DNA from: Eledone cirrhosa
Lineage: Eukaryota
DNA: 64,000 bases
Direction: 5' to 3'
Assembly (NCBI GenBank): GCA_964016885.1
Contig: OZ024741.1
Span: 97,216,001-97,280,000, forward strand
Part shown: piece by piece, positions 1-12,320 of the stretch
Position numbering within the stretch: position 1 is the stretch's first letter
Layout of the letters: the number at the start of each line of letters is the position of its first letter
The notes under the pieces: generated by a model
What the model saw: only the letters and a program-made list of their open reading frames with translations
The model's database searches: none
Told to the model about the DNA's origin: nothing
Made by a program: the position numbers and the translations under genes

Positions 1-10
1 AGAGACTACC

Positions 11-58
<48 letters not shown>

Positions 59-60
59 GA
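1..60. repeat. (CTA/CCA)n trinucleotide microsatellite
   Basis: Runs of ctacta/ccacca read directly. Confidence 0.9.
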
Positions 61-1411
61 TTATAATAATGCTAATAACCAATGATCTAACATTATATAT
101 ATAAAGAGAGAGAGAGAGAGAGAGGGCGTGTTTCCGTGTGCATTTCTGTGTCTATGTGAAATGATTATATTTATTTCAATGATTCATCAAAATATTTCAG
201 TTATCTTTGTGAACAATGTTGGAGTTTAAAAATATAATTTTCCTGTGACCTTTTGGAAAAATTCAAATAAAAACAAATTAATGCAACTATTGCTATAGCT
301 TAAAAGAAAAGAAAATGAAAAAAAAAAAGAAGACACGAACGAAATATAAAAAGAATGTAAATTTGAACGAAAACAAACTATGTTGAGGAGAAGGAAAATA
401 ATGTCTATACATAAAGTTATTAATGGTGTGGGTAGTTGTGTTGCGACATATTATGTCTGATCAGATTAACCGTGTTAAATGCAAATTATTTGTAAACAAA
501 TAAATCACAAAAATGGAAATATCCTTCGAAAACCGTTTTTATTCGGGAAGAATATTGCTTGTGAAAAAAAAATTTTATAGAATAATTTGCATAAATTTAT
601 GTATCACGATTTTCATGAATCAAATACAATTATTGCGTAGATAGCAGTAGATATTGTGTCTTTAAATATGGTTAAATACCATCATGATCATGTCTTTAGA
701 AAATATTTGTTAAGTAACTTTCCTTTGAAGTATCTCTTTAATATTGATATTTCAGGAAGGAAGTAGCAATGCATGTTTGATAAAGAATATGTTATTTACT
801 TCCTGCTGACATTTTCGAACTAAGATTCTAACATACAAAATACAAAGAAGTAGTGAAAGGAAAGCATTGTGTATATAACAAATTTCTCGTAAAAAATGTT
901 GCCGCTAATTGAACATGATTTTATATGTCGAGGAAAATATTAATTATAGCTTATAGAATTAGAAAATTACGTAAAAGGTTATGTTATGATTTTAGGCTTG
1001 TTATTCTTTCGAAACTGTTTTCATTGGTTGTTTGAATGTATTTTCTTAGTAACCATGTCTCCTGTTATACTTGAATAAGATATAGTTATTTAAATTCATA
1101 CACCAACACTGATATTATATTATAATATAAATTATTAATATCATAATGGCAGAAAATGAACTGAAGTAAAAGTTTTATAGTAAAATATATTGACAAATAT
1201 ATGTGGTGTTTTCCTAAAAGTTACATTGGCTTGACATATGTATGAGGTCATTATTATTGAATACAATATTCTTTGATGGTGTACACAAACAAACAAAATC
1301 ATACATACAGAGAGACTCACACGCTGACACAAATACATGCATGTGTCAAAAAATATAACCCAAAAATGAAATTACCCTATAATGTCAGATATACACACAC
1401 ATATACACAAA

Positions 1412-1606
1412 AACAGATGCAGCGATCCCGCCAGTGGTGTCACTCATACCAAGCGATTCCTCGAGGTGCTGGAGACGAACGGGTACCCTACCTCGATCAC
1501 AGACAGAATAGGAGACACCAGACGCAAGAGACAGAGAAGCAACCAAGGCAAGTGCTTCCTTAAAATGCCACACCTGGGCGAGAAAACCACCAACGCTATC
1601 CGCAAG
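1412..1606 (+). pseudogene. Penelope-like element RT thumb-region fragment
   Basis: Translation RCSDP...FLEVLETNGYPTSITDR...FLKMPHLG resembles the PLE L..NGYP motif; fragment runs into a (TA)n tract. Confidence 0.55.
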
Positions 1607-1842
1607 GTAACTCTCTCTCTTGTGTTGTTATTATTATTTTTATTCTTTTACTCTTCCATTCATTCTACACATCTCACACATCTTATACACACCACGCATC
1701 TCAACGTACACCCACTTACATATCTCTCTCTCCACCACCGGACCTTGTTACCCGGAGATTTACCCATTTGCATTGTCGAGGCTTCCAAACGACTTATAAA
1801 TATTTACTTATTGTTCCACAATGCTTCAAGCAAACTTCAATA

Positions 1843-1961
<119 letters not shown>

Positions 1962-2106
1962 ACACGGGTGATTGTGTATAGAAGATTATATTAATAAAAC
2001 GAATTCCAACTTTGTCTGATTTAATCGTTTTATTTACAATCCTTTAACATTTATAATGGTATTAGAATTAAATAGTATGGTAGAATATTAAATGCTAAGT
2101 GTTAAT

Positions 2107-2145
2107 TGAACAAGTACTTTCATTCTTTCGCAATCTTCAGGTTCA
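2107..2145 (-). ncRNA. Minimal type I hammerhead ribozyme motif
   Basis: UGAAC CUGAAGA UUGC GAAA GAAU GAAA GUAC UU GUUCA; stem I UGAAC/GUUCA, palindromic stem III, one stem II mismatch. Confidence 0.75.
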
Positions 2146-2218
2146 TAATGTGTGGTGACAGTCAAGTTTGCAATTTTCAACTGTTGAAAATTGTAAACTT
2201 GACTGTCACCACACAATA

Positions 2219-2257
2219 TGAACCTGGAGATTGCGAAAGCATGAAAGTACTTGTTCA
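2219..2257 (+). ncRNA. Minimal type I hammerhead ribozyme motif (core A6G)
   Basis: UGAAC CUGGAGA UUGC GAAA GCAU GAAA GUAC UU GUUCA. Confidence 0.7.
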
Positions 2258-2367
2258 ATTAACACTTAGCATTTAATATTCTCTACCACACTATTTCATT
2301 CTAATACCATTATAAATTTTAAAGGATTGTAAATAAAACGAGTAAATCAGACAAAGTTGGAATTCCT

Positions 2368-2429
<62 letters not shown>

Positions 2430-2571
2430 ACGCCTAGGACCAGAAATAAATAACCGATTCGAGAGAAGCGAGACGAGGTGGGTGGTGTAAACAAACGAGA
2501 CAACAGCACACGCACACACACGAACAGTGACATTCGAACGATTGTTATTGTGTGTATAGCGTCCCCAACAT

Positions 2572-2612
2572 CCATTACTGTTGGAAGCTCCGGGAGCTTC
2601 CAACAGTAATGG
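2572..2612. repeat. Perfect 20-bp-arm palindrome
   Basis: ccattactgttggaagctcc g ggagcttccaacagtaatgg. Confidence 0.9.
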
Positions 2613-2872
2613 TTGCATTATTTAAGGGTATGTCAATATTTATTTATAAAACTGATCTATATTATATTTTATCAGATGAAAGCACACCATAATTTAACTT
2701 GGTGTCCTTGAAATATGTATAATGAAATAAATATGGTTTTATAAATATAGTTTCCATTTGATAATATCGTATTTTTACTCCAAATATTTGTTGAGTGCTT
2801 TATATTAGTTATAAAAATATTTGCTTGTTGTATCCCAACAATTTAAATAGAACTCTTACATATATATATATA

Positions 2873-3005
2873 ACAAAGGAAGTGTGGTAAAAAACCAGGT
2901 GGACCATAACGCAACAGAGTACTCGATACTTTGGGTAGTAGAGTGGCTAATAGGAAAAATAATCAGAACCCCGACGGCAGAGTTCAATCCTTTCGACAGC
3001 TATTC
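2873..3005 (-). mobile_element. (TA)n-associated repeat, family also at 20948-21113 and 35503-35710
   Basis: Shared motifs gtggtaa..aaccag.tgg.ccataacgca and ccccgacggc in three copies. Confidence 0.7.
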
Positions 3006-3080
3006 CCCTCCTCCACACACACACACACGCATATATATATATATATATATATAATTGGAAAATCTGCTTCGTAGAATAAA

Positions 3081-3172
3081 GACGTATCTGAGGACCTTGC
3101 GATTTTCTGAGTCAGGTTCGATCATCACATCAATCGAGCCTCCAACTGCCAGAGAAACGTTTGTAATATGTC
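3081..3172 (+). ncRNA. Hammerhead motif with ~60-nt extended stem II
   Basis: GACGUAU CUGAGGA ... GAAA CGUUUG UA AUAUGUC; stem I pairs 7/7 with one G-U; homologous to 35965-36060 and 36804-36896. Confidence 0.65.
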
Positions 3173-3234
3173 CAATAAAATCCATTCGTCTCAATACCGA
3201 TTCTCTTTCTTTTTGTGTTATATATATATATACT

Positions 3235-3445
3235 TATTAAAGCAACAGATTAAAGTATAAGCAAAGAATCGCTGCTTTGACCCTTAACGGGATCTGTTTC
3301 AGAAGATCTCGTTAAGCGTGAAAGCAGCGTTTCTTTGCTTAAATTTAATCTGTTATTTTAATAACTATTTGCTCTAGAATTCTCGTAAATTTGATATATA
3401 TTACTCCTTATCGAGCCCTCTTTGGATATTAGTCTAAACATTTAT
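3235..3445 (+). mobile_element. Short fold-back copy of the pLTR of the 5871-8470 PLE family
   Basis: Palindrome 3235-3363 plus tail matching 8384-8470; contains GUUU CAGAAGA...GAAA GCAGCG...UGC UU AAAU. Confidence 0.8.
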
Positions 3446-3688
3446 GATATATATATAGATATATATATATATGAAATTAGAAATTAAAAATTATAAGCTT
3501 TCACCGTATTTTAGACTAAAGAAATTTCTAGCCTGATAGTGGGGTTTATAACCCTCGGAGAAATGGAAAAAGATGAGTGTTGCCGTACATGTATCAAACG
3601 GTGTGTCGATATTATAAAAAAGAGAGACGTGTTTAATCGTACATCCTCCATTCATTAATTACATATATGGAATGTAATTGTGCATGTT

Positions 3689-4650
<962 letters not shown>

Positions 4651-4675
4651 TATATATATATATATATATATATAT

Positions 4676-5340
4676 CCAAAATTAAGATAAATTAAATGAA
4701 TTTAATCCAAATCAAAATTATGGGTGTCATGCCATAACGGCGTGCGCCATATCGCCCGTAAAATAAGCTCAAAGATTCCATCGAGTAGACTCGAGCATTT
4801 TATAATAACTAGAAATTGATTAACATATATATAAACATGTATAATCACAGGAGATAATTTTTACAAGGCGTGTAACCACGCATAGCTAGGTAGGTAACAA
4901 ATAAAGTTGATTAGAACTTCAAAAATAGATACCTTTTAATATGATTAATCTTCCCTGTATATATTCCATTAAAGAAATATATTTCACCAATTAATCAGAT
5001 GGTAAGTCACGGAAGTGGATATTTTTGGATTATCAACAAGGAAGAAAAATTTCCAGCAATCCATGCTTACACAGCGAGTTCAAACCTGCAACTGGCCGCT
5101 ACCGCGTGTTGTGTTTACACACCACAGCGGCTTCGTCTCAGTGGCGTGAATTCGACAACTAGAAACAGCAGTCGATTCCTTTCAACAGAGTTAGCTCCAC
5201 AATTAAGGAGCCCTATTTATATATCTATATAAAAAATTAAGATAAATTAAATGAATTTAATCCAAATCAAAATTATGGGTGTCATGCCATAACGGCGTGC
5301 GCCATATCGCCCGGAAAAAAAGCTCAAAGATTCTATCGAA
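4676..5340. mobile_element. (TA)n-inserted element with ~105-bp terminal direct repeat (~555-bp unit)
   Basis: attaagataaattaaatgaatttaatcc... at 4681 and 5236; related fragments at ~10493-10580 and ~11481-11600. Confidence 0.7.
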
Positions 5341-5344
5341 TAAT

Positions 5345-5539
5345 TTTGGTCAGTCAATGATAAACATTTAGGACCAAATGAATTAAATGAGGAGATATAA
5401 AAGATACAGCAGCGAAAAACCAACCAAACTGGGAGTGTGTTCTGTTATTATTTCTGGCACTATTATTACAACAATATGACCCTCACCAATTATAACAATA
5501 TTTGTTTCGACACACGATTTTATATGAAAAACCTCGCAA

Positions 5540-5545
<6 letters not shown>
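5345..5545. repeat. Dispersed (TA)n-associated repeat; copies at ~13885-14020 (same strand) and ~34980-35180 (inverted)
   Basis: Shared ggagatataaaagata.ag.agcgaaaa and acaatatgaccctc. Confidence 0.75.
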
Positions 5546-5586
<41 letters not shown>

Positions 5587-5691
5587 GTAAACAGAAAAAA
5601 GTAATAGGTAAACATGTAAACGGAAATGACAACACAATCGATACAGTCGAAGGGATATATTAGGTTAACTTTTGATATAGCAGGAAGAGGA

Positions 5692-5727
5692 TCTTAATGT
5701 TTCGGACGCTAGTCCTTCATCGGAAGA
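5692..5727 (-). ncRNA. Minimal hammerhead motif with CCGAUGA core
   Basis: UCUU CCGAUGA A GGAC UAGC GUCC GAAA CA UU AAGA. Confidence 0.7.
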
Positions 5728-5888
5728 AAGATTGAGAAATAAGATAGATTGAGGTGACGGCCGAGTTGGAATTGGAAAAAATGTCTTTAGATGAAAATAA
5801 CAGGTCCATTCATGTTGATATCTCTTGCAAAACTGTCGGTGGTGTCGTTTTGTGTATTATATATATATATATTAAAATAACAGATTAA

Positions 5889-5939
5889 AATTTAAGCAAA
5901 GAATCGCTGCTTTCACCCTTAACGGGATCTTCTGAAACT
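5889..5939 (-). ncRNA. Hammerhead-like motif with CAGAAGA core
   Basis: AGUUU CAGAAGA U CCC GUUAA GGG U GAAA GCA GCGAUUCUU UGC UU AAAUU. Confidence 0.65.
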
Positions 5940-6568
5940 AACAAAGTCAATCTGTGAACGCAGAAGTGAATATTTCTATAAAACGTTGCAACCGAAGGAA
6001 GACAGGAAGACGATACTTTGGTTCGTGGGAACGTTCCCTGGCAAAGAACGGGAAAAATGAATATAATACGTCAATATTTGGAGCGGTGAAAAACAATTAC
6101 ACGCAAAGACAAAACCACGCTTATGATGTAAAAGAAGTCGTAGACTAATATTCTATTAGGTGGTTCATAGAGACGTTCTTTGGCAAAGAACGAAAATAAA
6201 AAACGAAGATAATACGTCATATGTGGAACGAGGAGAACAATTGCACGCAAAGACAAAACCACGTAAATGGTATAACTGAAGTCGTAGACTAACATTCTAT
6301 CTAGGAAACCGAATGATTCTCGGCTTCAGAGTTAAGAATAAAGTAAATAAAATACAGAGGTAATTGAAATTAAATAAATACATACACGCATCTATATACG
6401 TACATACACAAGCATAAGCGAAAACACTCGCCATAGGTATACACGCACTTACATAAAGAAAAAAACCCCAAAACCCGCACACGCACATACAGAACCAACG
6501 CAACGCCTGTACCCGCACGCATACGAATGTATACACCAAATACACATAAAAATATATATTAAAAAAAA

Positions 6569-6607
<39 letters not shown>

Positions 6608-6978
6608 TTCTTTTATAATAAATAATTAAATAAATGCATATAAATAATTAAATAAACGTATATAAAGAAATAAATATATAACAAGCGCACACACATACCT
6701 ACTTTTAAATACACAAATATTCGGAGACGTAAGTCAACCAAAACACTAAGTACACATATACACTCACCCTACATAGGTACGAATCCGCATACTCACGCAG
6801 ACGCAAAACTCACGTATAAACATAACCAAAAGCATATGTACCAGAAAATATAATATATACTCCGTAACATATAAAATAAAAAATACGTACGAAAAAGTAT
6901 ACGTACCTTCACAAACATACAGGTAATATATACTTACCTATACAAATAAGTAATGGTATGAACATAACATATACTTAG

Positions 6979-7590
6979 CTACCACACCAGGACGTAAAAT
7001 ATCCGCGTATAGTTCGTACTATCCGTTAGGGTATAATGTGGGGCTGTAATACAGGAAAGTTTGTGCAATTTATGTTTACAAGCCGAAATTGCGTCAGATT
7101 TTTTGTTTAAGATGTGGTTGTTGACGAAGAGTATTTCCAGGGCCTCAGCGGCGAAGAGGTCACATGGTCTTTTATTTCCGTTATACGATCTAGGCCTAGC
7201 TAGGATCTCCCAGTGTAACTTATATTGGGTGTGGTTGTCTTTTAGACTCCAGATATAAGCTGAAAGTGACGGCATATTCCTTCTTAAAGGGTATCGAAAA
7301 GAATGGGTATGCATGTAAAGACGCTTCTTAAATCTATTGGCGGTTAAATCTAAGTAGGCCCTACGGGACGTGGGTGTTTCAACCTTACATTTGTAGACAA
7401 TGTTACTAGAGAGGCATTTCCCGGATAGGGGGCAGTCAACACGATACCTACAATTACAGTAAGTACTAACTACAGTGTTGCACGTGTTCCCACGGCTAGG
7501 TAGTTTAACTAAATTTGAAGCTGTGATGTTATGTGCAAGGTTAGGAGTCGTAGAGTAAGACATTTTAATAGTATTTCTATTTACATGTAG
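6979..7590 (-). pseudogene. PLE linker plus GIY-YIG endonuclease (CxCx5C type)
   Basis: NRNTIKMSYSTTPNL...CNCRYRVDCPLSGKCLSSNIVYKCKV...YLDLTANRFKKRLYMHTHSF...LSAYIWSLK...WEIL...CDL...LNKKSDAISACKH; the track start codon lies in the inverted arm. Confidence 0.85.
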
Positions 7591-8314
7591 GTATGTGTGT
7601 GCGCTTGTTTTATATTTATTTATATACATTTATTTAATTATATCTATACACGCACACACACACATATATATATATATATATTTTTTTTTTTTACATATAT
7701 TTTTATGTGTATTTGGTTTATACATTCGTATTCGTTCGGGTACAGGCGTTGCGTGGGTTCTGTATGTGCGTGTGCGGTTTTGGGGGGTTTTTTTGTGTGT
7801 ACGTGGGTGTATTTGTATACCTATGGCGAGTGTTTTCGCGTATGCTTGTGTATGTACGTATATGGATGCGTGTATATATTTATTTAATTTCAATTAACTC
7901 TGTATTTTATTTACTTTATTGTTAACTCTGAAGCCGAGAACCATTCGATTTCCAAGCTAGAATTTTAGTCAACAACTTCGGTTATACTATTTACCTGGTT
8001 TTGTCTTTGCGCGCGATTGTTCTCCCCGTTCAACATATGACGTATTATCTTCGTTTTTTCCGTTCTTTGCCAGAGAACGTCTCTATGAACCACCTAATAG
8101 AATATTAGTCTACGACTTCTTTTTTACCATAAACGTGTTTTTGTCTTTGCGTGTAATTGTTTTTCACCGCTCCTATTAATGACGTATTATATTCGTTTTT
8201 TTCCCGTTCTTTGCCAGGGAACGTTTCCACGAACCAAAGTATCGTCTTCCTGTCTTCCTCCGGTTGCAACGTTTTTTGAAATATTCACTTCTGCGTTCAC
8301 AGTTTGACTTTGTT

Positions 8315-8365
8315 AGTTTCAGAATATCCCGTTAAGGGTGAAAGCAGCGATTCTTTGCTTAAACT
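8315..8365 (+). ncRNA. Hammerhead-like motif, inverted-arm copy (core CAGAAUA)
   Basis: AGUUU CAGAAUA U CCC GUUAA GGG U GAAA GCA...UGC UU AAACU. Confidence 0.55.
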
Positions 8366-8474
8366 TTAATCTGTTAATTTAATAAATATTTGCTCTACGG
8401 TTCTTATATATTTGATATACATATTTATCCTTATCGAGCCCTCTTTGGATCTTAGTCTTCAAATGTATTATTAT

Positions 8475-8578
<104 letters not shown>

Positions 8579-9747
8579 AAATAAATATATATATATATAC
8601 GCGCATATACAATATCTATATAGCACATGTGTGAGTGTGTGTGTCTGGATTAATAAATGCATATGCCTAGGTTTAAGTATTATGATGACCGTACTAATGT
8701 GCGTAAGTACATCGCCCACACACAGGTACTATTCTAATTGTATTCACGTGAATGCATGTAGCGCACCAGATGTACTCATTTGCACAGTTACTTGTTGATA
8801 TTTCTATATATGTCACTCCAAAATGATACCGGAATTAACCAATCCTTGTATTTCTAAAAATAGACTCGTGTTCCGAATTTCAAATCGAGCCCATAAATCT
8901 TACTTTATAAACCATTCGCCAATAGTTCCGTTTGACTGCATTTAATATACACTTCAATAATAACATTGGTTTTCTATGTGCAACAACAATCAACGAATTC
9001 TGTAGCCTAACCACCCTGCTCTGACATCAAAGCATAAATCGTCTGTATGAAATTGTCCTCCTCATCTTAGTTACACAAAACAAACCACACAATACATATC
9101 AACTAATATTTGAAACACTAAAACTAAAACTAAAACTTAAGCTTATTTTAATAGATGGTTCACTGCATACAGCAAGTACAAATCAATAATTATAGAAAAA
9201 TACACGAATACATTTTCTCTTGAACTCTAACAGCACTTAAATACAATCACACACACTTATAACCAAATACTCACACACTAGTACAAAAACACGTACACAA
9301 TATACACATGCATATATATACACACACATCCAAATGCGCAAACATTTTCTCTTTTATTTTATACAATAATAGCTAACTGGTATAAAGAACAATAAAAACC
9401 TAGGCATCCTCCTTGACAAGCCCCACCAATACCTCAACTTACAAAACCAATGTATATAAAATCCAAATAATACAACTGCTCACCTTCCTCCAAATACACA
9501 CATGCGCGCATACATGTATCATTATCTGGTAATGGCTAACACATTCAGGAAATATAAACATGCTTCTCTTATTAAAATAAATGCTAACGGTACGTTTAAA
9601 GTTCCCGTAATCTAGAAAGAATCATTTAGTTTCCAGCGTGTATAATTGCGTCTGATGTTACAAAGGATCCCTTAATCCTAACCGAAAATGTTTCTAAAGT
9701 TGCTGCCTCAACAGCCCTCCTGTAATCATATTATAAATGAGGGCAAG

Positions 9748-10458
9748 TATCGAAATGGAATTTGAAATGAAGGATCTTTGCCCGGTAACGGTAATGGAAT
9801 TTGTTAATTCTAACCTGTACACTATAGATAGAGAGTAAAAAGGTGAATGCTATTTTTATGGAACGCCATTACAGACATGATATATAAAATCAAACATTTA
9901 ATTCCAGTGAAAGGAAACAGGGAAACAGGCATGGGGCAACATTCCGAGCATCTCATTGGTTTAGTGGGGATTGAAATTTTACACAGGAGAGAGAGAATAT
10001 GGACGTCCGCAGAATGATGGAGATGCCGATTGCATTCACGTAGACCAATTCTCTTTCCCTGATCACTGTCGATTATGTTGTATTGTTGAGTACATTGGTG
10101 ATGACGCTACGGGCATAGGTCATCGACAAAAGTAATGCCGGCAAATCCAGTGAGATTGGAAACCGGCGAAGGAGACCACCGTATATGATGTTAAGTTGGG
10201 CTCATGCCATACGATATCATCAAACGTGACGTTGAATATCTTCTCAATAATTTACTTTACTTTATATTATCGCAATGCATTAAACAATGCTTCAGAATTT
10301 AATATTTCTAAACAATAACTGGAATAGATTAACAGATGTACAAGTGACATTTCTTACCAATAACATCTCAAGAATTCATAGAAATATATATGTTCACTAG
10401 CTATAGTGTATAGATAAGGATTACCGGGCAAAGATCTATCATTTCAAATTCCATTTCG

Positions 10459-10461
<3 letters not shown>
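9748..10461. mobile_element. Segment bounded by 41-bp inverted repeats
   Basis: tatcgaaatggaatttgaaatgaaggatctttgcccggtaa (9748-9788) vs reverse complement of 10421-10461, two mismatches; right end abuts (TA)n. Confidence 0.65.
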
Positions 10462-10492
<31 letters not shown>

Positions 10493-10577
10493 CCAAAATT
10501 AAAATTAAAATTAAGGGTTGTTATGTCTGAGAGACAAAGATTAGACCCGAGCATTACATATCAACTAGAAATAGATT

Positions 10578-10667
<90 letters not shown>

Positions 10668-10671
<4 letters not shown>

Positions 10672-11448
10672 CAAACGGAATAGAAAATGGTGACAAATTG
10701 TTCACAGTTGAAAAATGGTTTAATTAGGAATAAAAGAGTATTAGTGATTGTATGGGTTAGTATTCAGTTGTGGTTTTAAGTTTTTAAGTTTTTACCGGTT
10801 GCGCATTTCTAAATGCTTTTCAAAAATAATTTTGAGATAGAGTGTCCGTGCTGTTTGCTCTGATCTGATTAGTTTTGGGAATTCTACCTGTTTTTATGTT
10901 AAAAAAGTGGCCCCAGCGTTACTTTGGTGTTGCAAAAATTCTTGTGGTCAAAACAATTTTGATTTGTCGGTAGAGGTCATGTGAATGTAAAAAATTGATT
11001 CTGCGCCAAGACTGTTTTTGCAAACACCGAGTAGCGCTGGAGCCACTTTTTTAACATAAAAACAGTCTTGGCGCAAAATCAATTTTTTACATTCACATGA
11101 CCTCTACCGACCAATCAAAATTGTTTTGAACACAAGAATTTTTGCAACACCAAAGCAACGCTGGAGCCACTTTTTTAACATAAAAACAGGTAGAATTCCC
11201 AAAACTAATCAGATCAGAGCAAACAGCACGGACACTCTATCTCAAAATTATTTTTGAAAAGCATTTAGAAATGCGCAACCGGTAAAAACTTTAAAACTTA
11301 AAACCACAACTGAATACTAACCCATACAATCACTAATACTCTTTTATTCCTATTAAACCATTTTTCAACTGTGAACAATTTGTCAGCATTTTCTATTCCG
11401 TTTACCAATATATAATAACTTGTGTGTTACACCTCTATTCTTTTAACT
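10668..11448. mobile_element. Fold-back element, ~350-bp arms plus tail; further copy at 53633-54090
   Basis: 10668-11020 is the reverse complement of ~11065-11409; (TA)n on both sides. Confidence 0.85.
11251..11287 (+). ncRNA. Divergent hammerhead-like motif (UUGAAAA / GCAA)
   Basis: UUU UUGAAAA GCAUU UAGA AAUGC GCAA CCGG UA AAA; same motif on minus strand at ~10790-10826 and ~53763-53799; stem I weak. Confidence 0.45.
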
Positions 11449-11704
11449 ATATATATATATATATATATATAGAAAATAAATACATGAAACAATCACAGGG
11501 AATAATTTATAAAGAATGTAAGCACACATAGCTAGGTAGGTAACTAATTAAAGTTTGACTAGAACTTCAAATATAGATACCATTAAAAATAATTAATCTC
11601 CTGTGTATACATATATATATATACATACATATATATTCCTTCCATATACTGTACCGATTGTGTTGTTATTCCTGTTTACCTTTTACATATACATGTATGT
11701 ATAT

Positions 11705-12320
11705 GTCTGGTCACCCCTTGGTGCTACTGGTAACATGCATCCCAGTACAACCTGTCTCATGGTCGGGTCGTTGGCAACTAAACTGGCAACCCCACCAAGG
11801 TTTCTTGGTGAGGAGGGTGACTTTGAACATCCTGCAGGATTAAAAACAAAACCTGTCAAAGGCCAAAGGAGCTCTTAAAAGTCAATGGCCATCCAAAATC
11901 ACCGGGAAAGATGACCCCTTAGACTTTGTCAAGGCAGAATTCTATGAGAAGGAAATCTCTGATATAACACCTGCAACCCTGATGGTATCCAATGATGGTA
12001 TCCAATGATGTTCTTGTTTTTGGTAAATATCATCTTGGTTAACATAGTGGGACTGGCTTTGTGCAGTGCCTTTGCTCACTATAAAAGCTTCACGGCACAG
12101 GTATTGCTTTATATCTGGAAATCTCTCTGCACTTGTCGTCACATGGTACCATGGGCCCAGCACTATGTGTCAATAATTGTCACAAGTGTAGTGTTTGTAC
12201 CAGAGTTTTCAAGTCGGTGGCTGGACTAAAAAGTCATACTCGTTCAGCGCATCGATAGGGGTTCTCCTACATGGATATAAAGTAGTAGTCGTACTCGAAA
12301 ACGAGTTGGCAGCCACCTTA
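11705..12320 (+). mobile_element. Non-coding retroposon with RTE-like structured 5' end; inverted relatives at 51445-52480
   Basis: High similarity to the reverse complement of 51945-52480 and 51750-51930; shared 3' end gagttggcagc(c/a)acc next to (TATG)n/(TA)n. Confidence 0.65.

Larger units (their letters stand above)
1993..2373. mobile_element. Fold-back (palindromic) non-autonomous element, ~190-bp arms, HHR-bearing
   Basis: Arms are near-perfect reverse complements centred near 2182 (caattttcaac t gttgaaaattg); abuts (TA)n. Confidence 0.85.
5871..8470 (-). mobile_element. 5'-truncated Penelope-like retroelement with inverted pLTR arms, inserted in (TA)n
   Basis: 5871-~6700 and ~7590-8383 are inverted repeats around a GIY-YIG ORF remnant; HHR-like motif in each arm; (TA)n on both sides. 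Confidence 0.85.

Noticed and set aside
8815-9720. Possible decayed PLE 3' region
   Set aside because: Composition is similar to PLE UTRs, but no convincing protein motif or complete HHR
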